A stretch of DNA of 63,998 nucleotides, the filler included, from Licmophora abbreviata (Eukaryota): assembly GCA_900291995.1 (NCBI GenBank). It is 14 parts of 14 records of this genome, joined end to end, with 100 filler letters (N's around TTAATTAATTAA, not from the genome) between each part and the next. Parts side by side here need not be neighbours in the genome. Positions count along the whole stretch, not along the records: positions 25,672 to 30,248 come from OLMU01006041.1; positions 30,349 to 31,542 come from OLMU01006043.1; positions 31,643 to 33,630 come from OLMU01006044.1; positions 33,731 to 35,319 come from OLMU01006045.1; positions 35,420 to 40,580 come from OLMU01006046.1; 9 more parts are not named here. The stretch is one strand, 5' to 3'. Below, one piece after another: positions 26,401-36,405 of the stretch. The position numbers and the translations under genes are program-made. The notes beneath the pieces were generated by a model. The model saw only the letters and a list, made by a program, of their open reading frames with translations. It made no database searches and was not told where the DNA came from. The stretch's first letter is position 1. The number at the start of each line of letters is the position of its first letter.

Positions 26401-29400
26401 TGCCCGGCCCTGACGGTCTCGTCAAACAGAACGATGTTTCCATCCAAACAAATCATTCGAACATCAGAGGAACCATTAGGCCCCCCATCAACATCAACGC
26501 AGCTGGCTTTCCCACCTTGCAGGTTGCGAGGACAATCGCCACAGCTCCCTCCCGTGTACTCGAAGGTGACCGTCTCAATGCGGGCACCGACAGCGCACTG
26601 CGCCGAGGGCCGGGGGATCCCCCCACAGTCATTCCCGCCGTCCTCCTCGCATGTGACGGCGACCTATCATGACAAAATGAGTACAGGCAAGATGAAAGTG
26701 TAAGCTATCGCATCTTTGAGCAGAAGCCCAGCGCACAATGAGCGTGATCTCACCTCGACAAGACACTGTCCAGCCGAAGTAGGATTTGGAACTGGCGTCG
26801 GAGCACCTCCTGCATTCGGAGACGGAGTCGTGGAACGACTGTGGACTGGCAGTGTCTACCAGGACTGGACTGTTACTCGGGCTTACACCGGGCACAGCAG
26901 GGCTCGCCGTACTAACATCGATTGGCGAAGAAGTAGGCACATTGGGCGGGCCACCACTAAACGGTTCCTTGGATGGAGCGACAGGCTGGTCAACTGCTGG
27001 ACCACTAGTCGGCGCGCTTGTGGGTAAACCCGTCACAGGATCCTCAGGACACAAGTTCAGGAAGCGAATCGCACCGCAGCCTGACATACTAACTGTAAGG
27101 AACCACACATTCGTTGCACCGATGGGCACGGTTTGGATCGCATTTTCGCCAAGTCCATTGATCGGAATTGCAGGTAGGATGGTGGCATCCGCTTGAACGA
27201 CCTGAATAAACGATCCAGACTGAAAATTCATCACTCCCATCTCGACAAATTGCATCAACGGCGGATAAAACCCAAACGTAATGTTCCCGCCACTTGCAGC
27301 GCACTCAGAGCTTCCCTTATCTTCCTGGAGAAAAATTACATGTCCCTGAGGAACACAGTTCTGTCCTTCCTGATTTGGCGCACCACCCATACCTTCACCA
27401 GGTTTGGGCCCAGAAACACCAGTACAGAGCTCGTTCGGGCTTCCAAGGGCGGTCACGACTCCAGGATCCAACGTGTCCAAGATACTGACCTGGCCATCTC
27501 CATCGTTGGGTGGAACCGTGACAGTCATTCCGTATCTATCAAACCATTGATTGTTCACCATGTCGCCAGGCCCAAGGTCCGTGCCATCTGGCGTCTTATC
27601 GAAGTGGACAACAACCTGCTCATCCAGAGAACATATCATTGATGGAGTCGGATTTGAGCCTGGTGAAGGGTAAGAAACGGTAGGGGCCGGAGTGGGGTAA
27701 CCGAAACCCGGGTTTCCGTTCGTTGGAGTAGGCGAAAGAGGTGGAGGTGGCGGAGCACTGGGAGGATTTGGCTGAGGATCACATGCACTCGGAGTAGGGC
27801 TTCCATTCGGCACATTGCAGTCCACAGGTGGCCCACCCTGACACTGAGGATGGGATGACGGGAGGATGATGTTCTTCTTGCACTGGAAAAAGTCCCCAAG
27901 CCCATCGAAAAAGTCGAGTACATCTCCCAAGTTAAAACCTCCAGAACTTCCTCCAGGGCCACCACCGGGACTTCCGCCAGGGCCACCACCGGGACCGCCA
28001 CCTGGGCCTTTGCTACCCTTGGAACCCATCTTTCTGGAAAGATCCTCCATATCGACACCTTCGACGTTGTCCTCTGCGACTTCGCGGGCGCCACGCTGCC
28101 TACTGCTCGAATCCGTGGATCGGGATTTGGACCCTCCACCTTTCCCACTCTTTCCTTTCGAAGAATTCTTACCGCCACCTTTTCCCTTTCCAGTGTTACT
28201 GCCACCTTTTCCCTTTCCCTTTCCACTTTTGGAGCTGGGGTTCGCACCTCCACCTCCATCCACGATTGGGAGGCCAAGAATATCCAACTCATCCAGAGCA
28301 CCCGGCGGACACGACCACTCATCGCAGTCAAGGGGCTCACCAGGACAAATAAACTTGACATGCTTACAGGCAGGGTGAAAGCTGGGAAGAATAGTCTGAC
28401 CACCAATCACAACCAGATCAAGCTTACTGCCAGAGTCGTCGAAGCCATGTCGGCCTCTCGCACCAGCATTCGAACCTCGGGACTCGCCAATGGACCTTTC
28501 GCTTTCATCTATCGTGGCTCGAGAGGACCGGTCACGAAGACGACGCCAATCGAAGTAGCCCCGGACTGCTTCGGTCAAACTCCTGGTTCCCTCGCTGTCA
28601 ACATCGGCGTCATTCATTTCGACGTCTCCATCGATCGTACGTGACTTTCCTTTGCCTTTGCCCTTCCCGCCCTTGCTGCCTCCTTTTCCATCCTTACCAT
28701 CGCCTTTTCCTCCCTTGCCACCTTTTCCACCGCCGTTTCCTGCGCCTCCGTCCCCGCCCCAGTTCAAGTCGAGGTCGACAATGTTGTAGATATTTTCACC
28801 GGGGAGTTCGCAACGGCAGTCATCGTCCTGAGAATCAGGAGAATCTTCCGAGAAGAGCCAATGAAACAACCGTGCATTATCCTGTGTATTGCCTCTGCGT
28901 TCACGGTCGTTGCGTCCTTCGTCATCCTCACCAGCGTCGTCTCCGGCACCATGAAGCCCGTCATTGTCCCTCACCGCACGGCCGTCCACGGCGCCACCAT
29001 CGCTGGCAGATCGCGCGCCGAGCGCGCGATCTCCGACTGGTTCGACTTTGGTGGGCTTGTCGGCGTTACTTGCGGCCCTCTTGGCGGCAGCTGCGGCGAC
29101 TGCGGCAGCTCGGAAGCGATCCAGGGAGGAACGGCCGACCTTGGAGCTCGACTTGGGAGGGGTGACACTCTCATGAAGGTTTCTCTGGGCAGCAAGCTGC
29201 TCTGTATCCTCGCCTGCACTGGCTACCGAGTTTTGCAGGCTAAGTTTCTGCATCACCTCGGCGTGCCAGATGTGACGCGGGATCTTGTTGCCATCGGCGT
29301 CTACAACGCAATCATGACATTCCTGCCCATTCTTCTGACGAGTTAGTTCATCATTCTTCTTGTCTTCAATGATCTGACTCGACCAGGTAGAGGCCTTGAC

Positions 29401-29799
29401 GGTGGAGAATGCCTTGCTTGTTGCGGTGCCGCCGGTCAAGCCGAGGTCATCGGAAGTCGAGCCCTTGTGGGGCAAGTGCTCTTTCTCGCGATGCACAAAC
29501 GACTCATGCCCACTCACGTCTCCTTCCTCCTCGTGATCAATTGCCCCCGTGGGCTCCTTGGGGACTACATTGGGCTTGACTTGGGTCTTGGCATTAGCGC
29601 CGAACTCCATCGCAGGCGCAGCGCCTTTCACGATAGTCATGGCACCATTGCCACCGACGGTTTCACTGCTACCCATGACCGAAGACTCAGAGCCCTTGTC
29701 GTTCTCTTGGCTCTGCTTCTCACCATCGACCTCACCATACACCATAGAGGTGCTGAGGAGCAACAAGAGACAGAGGATCGCGACTACGCCTGGACGCAT
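17422..29799 (-). CDS. Giant (~4,000 aa) secreted modular protein: signal peptide, Lys/Gly clusters, 8+1 copies of an LGSPN-C/ENCxPQGNVLIIQE domain, one DUF7467-like Cys domain, P/S/T linkers, two C-terminal Cys domains
   Basis: Same-strand ORFs 26629-29850, 25620-26456, 23108-25516 and 17422-23040; three of them carry the same repeat domain, and they are separated only by linkers, one intron (26664-26753) and a frameshift at ~26835; signal MRPGVVAILCLLLLLSTSMVYG. Confidence 0.8.
20070..21445 (-). repeat. Near-identical tandem pair of ~600-nt domain copies inside the giant gene
   Basis: Long exact matches such as caggtcaggatcaccttctccattgttggctccagggtcggccgtgtc-like blocks at ~20465 and ~21240; near-identical peptides (AVADDGGYTPDGKARIFDTADPGANNGEGDPDLGSPN). 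Confidence 0.9.
21620..21722 (-). repeat. Coding direct repeat, 2 copies, period 54 nt (DPTQAPFDSTLAPTV)
   Basis: actgtaggagccaaagtcgagtcgaatggcgcttgcgttggatca occurs twice. Confidence 0.9.
22005..22400 (-). repeat. Coding minisatellite, 42-nt/14-aa unit EPSLSD(F/Y)PTxNPS(A/T), about 6 regular plus several degenerate copies
   Basis: Unit such as gaaggctcggcactcgggttcgtggttggataatccgacaaa repeats in tandem. Confidence 0.92.
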
Positions 29800-30349
29800 C
29801 GCATCCCAAGAACTCGACGCATTTCGCCGCGTCGTACTCAACAGCAACATCTTGGTTGCCTATCAACTCTCTCAAAGAAACACTCTTACAGGAGAGATCA
29901 GTTCTGATCGCTTATGCTGTACTCTTGACCAAGAGCTGTGTTTCTGTGTACGAGTCTTTGATTCGAAAATTTCCTTGTGACCCGAAAAACAGTGACTGGG
30001 CCTGTTTGCTCTGCAGATTTCTTTGTGGCATTTATGCTTGGGCCTTTTAGAGAAATATGCGACGTCCAGAGTCATCGGTCATTGGACATTTTCGATGCTT
30101 CCTCATGGACAGAGAACAGACTGCTTGAAAGGGCTGCACGGACGCCATTCGTTTCGAAAACCGAAGAGCGGTGAGCATCTCATTGTTCACTGTCCCATTG
30201 GTGATTACCATACCGGTAGCAAAAGAAGACGGTGCAAGAAAAGTGAACNNNNNNNNNNNNNNNNNNNNNNNNNNNNNNNNNNNNNNNNNNNNTTAATTAA
30301 TTAANNNNNNNNNNNNNNNNNNNNNNNNNNNNNNNNNNNNNNNNNNNNC

Positions 30350-31394
30350 GTGTCGAATCCCGAGAACAAGCGCCGTGGCATCTTGTGGCGGGCCATGGAA
30401 CTTTCTTCCAAGTATCGTGTTCGACAAGAAAGTCTGCTGAAGGCAATGCGAGTCGGCATGGGAGTAGCTTATTGCAATTCGTCCGGTGAAGGGGCAGCTG
30501 AGCGCGAAGAACACTTACCAGAAGAGCAACCTAAGAAGAAAAAGAAGCGCCAAAAGCTGGATGCGCTCTCCATTCCAGAGTGTATCCCAAGACTGTTGAA
30601 TGTTCGACCACCGGAATCCGACGATGGTCGGGTTGGACTAGATACGTCTGGAACCCGGGCCATTTACCATTTACTTCGCTTTGCTCCACGACTATGCGAG
30701 GACGTTGTGAAGGGAATTACGGAGAATCTATCAGTAGAGGATGTCGAATGGATTGCTAAGGATGGATTGGGGAGTCGATGGTATGTGCAGTTGTTGGTTG
30801 TTGTGTTGGAACTCTTGCCGTACTTTCAGACCACAATACTCATTTGTAATACCAAACTTTTCATGAAGCATCATTGATGGAATCCTGGATGGGCCGAGGA
30901 ACCAGCCAGTATTTGAGAAGGCAAGACGGGATCTCCTGGCAAAGCTAGCCGGCCGTTGGACGGCGTTGGCGACCCATCGCGTAGGTCATCACGGAGTCTT
31001 AAAACTTTTTGATTCTCTTCATGATAGAACAGACAAAGCTATCCTGGTTTCGGAGCTGGCACAGAATATACAAAGACTGGGTGGAAACGCCATGGGGCGA
31101 AGTGTCATGGATCAGTGTGCCGTAAACCAGTTTCTGGAAGGTCAAACCGCCTGGAACGAAACACTTCGTAGACAACAGAAACGAGAGGAATTTCTCAATG
31201 ATCTTGAGAGCCCACAAGGTGAGGACAAGGAGACGACTCTGACTGGAACAGACGAGAAGAAACGGAAGAGAAAGCGAAAGAGTGGCAGTCATGGAGAAGA
31301 CACGGGCACTACCGGCAAAGGACCTGCGTCGGCTGTGGAAAGCATCCTACAAACGCTGTCGTCTGCCACCTCCAGTAGTAACACCATGCCCTAA
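30350..31394 (+). CDS. NOP9: NOP9-like Pumilio-repeat nucleolar protein, C-terminal part (5' end lost in gap); intron 30781-30868
   Basis: IAKDGLGSR-C-IIDGIL, LLAKLAGRWTALATHRVGHHGVLKLF, KAILVSEL, LGGNAMGRSVM; basic KKRKRKRK tail. Confidence 0.7.
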
Positions 31395-31972
31395 GCTAAG
31401 CGCCTTCCGCCTCCCTGTATGTTAGGAAACAAATGGCGGCCATCCTCTTTATATAGCTCACTCGTAGTTAGAAGACTACTCGTAATACAGTAAGTGTACG
31501 GCGTGATGATGCGATGAGCGCCCCCCTTTTGGCCAAAAATCANNNNNNNNNNNNNNNNNNNNNNNNNNNNNNNNNNNNNNNNNNNNTTAATTAATTAANN
31601 NNNNNNNNNNNNNNNNNNNNNNNNNNNNNNNNNNNNNNNNNNACTCGTAATACAGTAAGTGTACGGCGTGATGGTGCGATGAGCGCCCCCCTTTTGGCCA
31701 AAAATCAAAAGGTATTAGTGATGATAATAGATAGTTTCGAGGTGAAAAGGATCAAAATTCGTTCTCGGACGTTTCAGTTTCGACCAAAGTTCATTCTTAG
31801 ACGTTTCGATTTCGACCGGCTTCATTCAACATCGAGAAACCGTGATACCGTGATGGCCGGGGGCGAGAACAGGCTGTGTTTCTCTTGTTGGTGGTCATTC
31901 CCCACTTCCTGTAGTATAGCTGCACCGTAAAGTGCGCCGGAAACTTGCGCTACCGCTGAAATTTCATCTCGT

Positions 31973-33407
31973 ATGTCAAGCTTGACAAAAGAACAGCAGC
32001 TCAAGCAAGCCTTGTCCGTTCTGCTCAACAGCAACTTCGATGAAGACACCAAAGTCTGTGTTCTGACGCTGCTGAAAGTCCTCGACAACGTTCTACAGAA
32101 GCCCGGGAATCCGAAAGTACGGTCGATTCGAATGACCAATCCTGCCTTTGCGGAGAAGGTCGTCGAAAAGTCTGGTGGGGGTACGTGATCGAAAGCAAGG
32201 CATCACTCCATATTCGATGTAGCCTTACCGTATTGTGTCTCTTGCTCATTTCCGCACAGTCGACTATCTTCTTGCCTGTGGATTTACGCAGCAGACTAAT
32301 CCACCATCACTCTTGTCCACAGAGGAAACGGGCGATGCCTACTTAGTGCTACATGCACAAGCCGAGGACACGCCTCATTTGATTCTCGCTCGGCGACTGC
32401 TCATGCAGACGGCCACGCTGGAGCTGCACATGAAGGCGGCGGATCTCCCAAAGTACAAATCACCACCCGCCACGGCACGAGCATCTGCTGCGGCATCGTC
32501 ACGCTGTGCGAATTCCTTTGATATTTACAAAGGTCATCGTCATGATGGCATCGCCGCAGCGACGGGAACGAATGTCGGCCCGGACGGACAGTACGTGTCA
32601 TCGACAGAAACACAATTGCGCTTGTTGAAACAGAAACAGGCAAAACTGGAGGAAAAGCTACAGAAACCGTTGCTGGATCGGGAAATAGTCGTTACATTGC
32701 CAGGGAGAGCTTCTGGTGTACTTTCTCTGTCCACCCCTGCTGCCACAGCCCCGGCTGGCCCATCGGATGGCGCCTTATTGGCGCAACGTATGCAACGGCA
32801 GGAACAGGAACGTCGAGAACGGGAAGAAGGAGGCTTCCAGACCAAGGCCATGCGGGACTTAAAGCATATGCAGAAGACCAAGGTGTACACCCACACGCAG
32901 CTACGGATTCAATTCAGTGACGGCAGTGTCTTGGAAGGCAGGTTTCTGCCCAAAGAGACGGTGCAGGTCCTGAAAGATGTAATTTTGGAACATTGCTGCC
33001 TGGACGGCCTTGATTTGGACCTGTACGTGGCACCACCGCGACGAAAGCTAGAGTTGAAAAAGACACTTAAGGATGAGGGCCTCGTTCCCGCAGCCAAAGT
33101 GTTTGGATCCTGGAAGGTCGGTCATTCACCACCTTCCAGCGCTCCCGTCGGTTCGTTTTGGAAACCAGAGCTACTGTCCGGCGGAGGAGATTCGTCCAAT
33201 GTGTCATTCCCGTCGGCCAAAGCAGTCGTGGAGAAGAAAGCGAAAGCGTCTGCCAGCGGAGAGGGAGCAGCGGCATCACGAGAAGACGATCTAATGCGGC
33301 GGATGATGGGAGGAAAGAAGGGACTTGGATCATCCAATGGTACAAGACGAAAAGACGATAGCTCCAAGGGAGGCGGCGGCGGGAAACCTAAGTGGTTCAA
33401 GGGTTGA
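31973..33407 (+). CDS. PUB + UBX domain p97/Cdc48 cofactor (UBXN6/PUX2-like); intron ~32182-32259
   Basis: PUB: LLKVLDNVLQKPGNPKVRSIRMTNPAF..GGVDYLLACGF; UBX: FQTKAMR..YTHTQLRIQFSDGSVLEGRFLPKET..LYVAPP..TLKDEGLVPAA. Confidence 0.88.
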
Positions 33408-33730
33408 AGGAGCTCCGTCGTTTTGAGAATATCTCCCGTTCTCAGACTTTTGAGACCGAAATCATACAGTAGAAAAACCACAACTTCAGACACGCAAGTT
33501 TGCCGCGTCTCTCGTCTATCGAATACTATCGTGACATCCTTAAAGGTACTGATTGGAAGCATCGAACATGCGTGTACAGCAGATACTGTCTCGGACGAAC
33601 GAGTACTCTATGTCATAGTTCTAATGTGATNNNNNNNNNNNNNNNNNNNNNNNNNNNNNNNNNNNNNNNNNNNNTTAATTAATTAANNNNNNNNNNNNNN
33701 NNNNNNNNNNNNNNNNNNNNNNNNNNNNNN

Positions 33731-35319
33731 CCAGGTCAAGAACATCAATGGGGGGTAGCTTGGGTGTGTCGTCGTTCACCGTGGTGGACGCTTGACAATC
33801 CCGCAGGATCTCCTTAAAGAGTTCCGCCAGCCGGCCAGCGACACTGTCTCCAAGGGCCGTAATGTGCTGATGCTGGTTTCCATCCTCTTGTGTATAGTTT
33901 CCAAGATGCACTTTTTCTCGATCCGCGTTCCTTCCCTCCATCCAAGCACTCTTCAGTTCGATCTTGTCCATTTCGCCCGCGTTCGGATTCGTCATGCCCG
34001 AGTAGCAGACCGCAATAACTCTGGCTGTGCATACGGCCGCGATCATCCCCAGGGCGAGTACTCGCAATGGTCGCAGCTTACGAGCCGCAAACAACACCGG
34101 CTTCGCATAAAAGAAGAACACGATCCACCCAAGCGACACAGATACACATAGAAGCAGCGCATCTCGAACAACGGTCGGCAGATGCGAGTGGCTGCTCTCT
34201 TCGCTCAAAGTCTGCAGTTCTTCTCCTTCATCATTCTCAGTAGCACCGCCATGGGTCATAGGATCGCCAAAGAAACAAATGATGGGCCAGTGGCACAGGT
34301 AGACTTCGTACGAAACAATGCCCATAATGATAAAAAACTTGCTTGACATGACGCGGCTAAAGACTGCCCATTGAGGCAAAGGTTCGCTGATCTGAATTGA
34401 CCCGGCAACGGCGAGGACGCAAAGCGCAAGACTGTAGGGAAGCCGCAAGTAGTAGAAGTACAAGTGCAGCATATCATCGAGCGACAACGGAATGGCACCC
34501 GGCAACACCACTAGACAAACGGCCGTCGCCCAGAGAACCTCCAAAATAATGCGGAAACTCGTCGTCATAGGCTTGAGACCTGGCTCCTGCCTGAACCTTT
34601 GGAAGAGTACAGGATTCAGTCTCACCAACAAGTAGACAAAGCCACCGCAGGCAAGGTCACCCATGCGAGACCACGTCGAAAAGTAGGCCGCCGACATGCC
34701 CATTTGTGAAATCGTAACCCACGAGGAGAAGTAGGAGAATAGAATGACAAAGAGCTCCCCGACACACATGGCTCTGAACAATCCAATTGCCTCGTCCCCT
34801 TCTTGGACTCCTTGCAGCCCTCCTACGAGTGCCACTCGTTCGCGTTGTTGGCTCTCAATTTCTTCTGAGTCTGAAGTCCGTCTCTTTGAATGTGCGACGG
34901 CTTCTACTCTGACATTGTGAGGATAAAATTTTGTCCAGAGGTAGAGGACGAGCGGCCACAGGAGGTAGTACTGCTCTTCGATGGACAAGGTCCAAAGATG
35001 GCGAGTGATGGACGGCTTCCCGCCTAGAAAGTAGTCATCCTTCTTGACGTAGACCAAGTTGTAGTTGGTCAAAAACGGAATGGCCCAAAGCAGGTCCCTC
35101 CCCTCGTACCATAGAACAGCTTCATCCTCGCTGCGCCAAAAGCGGGAGGCAGCACACACCAACAAGAGGAGAAAGAGGCTCGGGAAGAGTCGTCCGACAC
35201 GACGGGACCAAAACTTGACAATGTCCACCGTTCCCGTCCTTTCAAAGTTCTGCAGGGTAATGCTGGTAATGAAAAGGCCTGAGAGACTGAAAAAGACAGA
35301 AATGCAGAGCCAGGAGTGG
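33731..35319 (-). CDS. Acyltransferase-3 (OafA/OatA/YrhL-like) membrane O-acyltransferase with the start of a C-terminal SGNH domain; truncated by gaps at both ends
   Basis: VFFSLSGLFIT, FWSRRVGRLFP, HLWTLSIEEQYYLLWP, YFSTWSR, SYEVYLCHWPI, many TM helices, then ITALGDSVA. Confidence 0.85.
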
Positions 35320-35419
35320 NNNNNNNNNNNNNNNNNNNNNNNNNNNNNNNNNNNNNNNNNNNNTTAATTAATTAANNNNNNNNNNNNNNNNNNNNNNNNN
35401 NNNNNNNNNNNNNNNNNNN

Positions 35420-35949
35420 GCCCCGCCATCTGCGAAGAGTATAAGAACTGCACTCGCAATCGAGATGAGCGACTCGGAACAAGGCGAAGGAGTTCAGGTC
35501 GTCTCGTTGGCGGCACTGCAGGACCATGAAGCCGACGGAACTCGCATGGCGTTATCGATTGCCGCGTGGTTGGATGCCGAGGTTCGTTCCAGAAACACGT
35601 GATCTACACTTTACTCTTCTGCCTCAATGTGCTTAACTTGTACGTCCTCACCGTACTCCTGTGACTGTCATCGTTGTACTTCACTACAAATTAATTCCAG
35701 TGGATGCCGCAAGAGATTCACGTCCAAATGGGAGAATCAGCGAAGCGATCGTATGTCACATGCCGAGGGGAGGGAGATACCGAAATCATGTCCATCATGA
35801 TGCAGGTGGCGTCGGATCTCGAGGCCGACTGGACGCAGTACGATAAGGACGCTTTCGTCAACGCCTGGGATGTGGCGAACTACGTTTCGGACTACCTTAC
35901 GCAGGCCGCTGGCCAGGAGGGATGCGAGTGTTCAAGCAAAATATATTAG
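35420..35949 (+). CDS. Small conserved protein resembling an uncharacterised cyanobacterial/plastid family; 5' partial; intron 35582-35700
   Basis: Spliced EADGTRMALSIAAWLDAE|WMPQEIHVQMG...AFVNAWDVANYVSDYL. Confidence 0.7.
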
Positions 35950-36405
35950 GAAAGAGGAGAACAGCAAGTCAATGTAGAACTACAGTAGTGAGAGTTCTGT
36001 GCGGCTTGTTCTGATCTCGCTTGCGCATGTCCTCACCCCTAGATTCGAGTCGATTCGAGTCGATTTTGCCGTTCACTGCGAGTCAAGTCGTCGCTGATGT
36101 TCTGCCGGGCGGATTGACATTGGCGGATCTCGTACGATATGACTAGTCAATCCCGACCGTACGCATGCTTCGACGGTGCCACCGATACGACACATTGCTC
36201 TCACTGGCTACCCAGCTCGCAATGTCGTAGATATTTCGCTCATCTTTGACGACGCAATCGCACACCCGACAAGCAGTCACACACTGTCTCTCTATTTACT
36301 CATATCCACATTGTTGTATCTGGTACGGCACTTTACTAGTTTCGTATTATACCGCGCGTGTATATCCATTCTTCGCGTCGTTCTCCCGGACGCTACTATT
36401 CTACG

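Noticed and set aside
29856..30304. Short ORFs between the giant gene and the NOP9 fragment
   Set aside because: No recognisable motifs, and the region looks like promoter/UTR; the NOP9 5' part is probably missing in the gap
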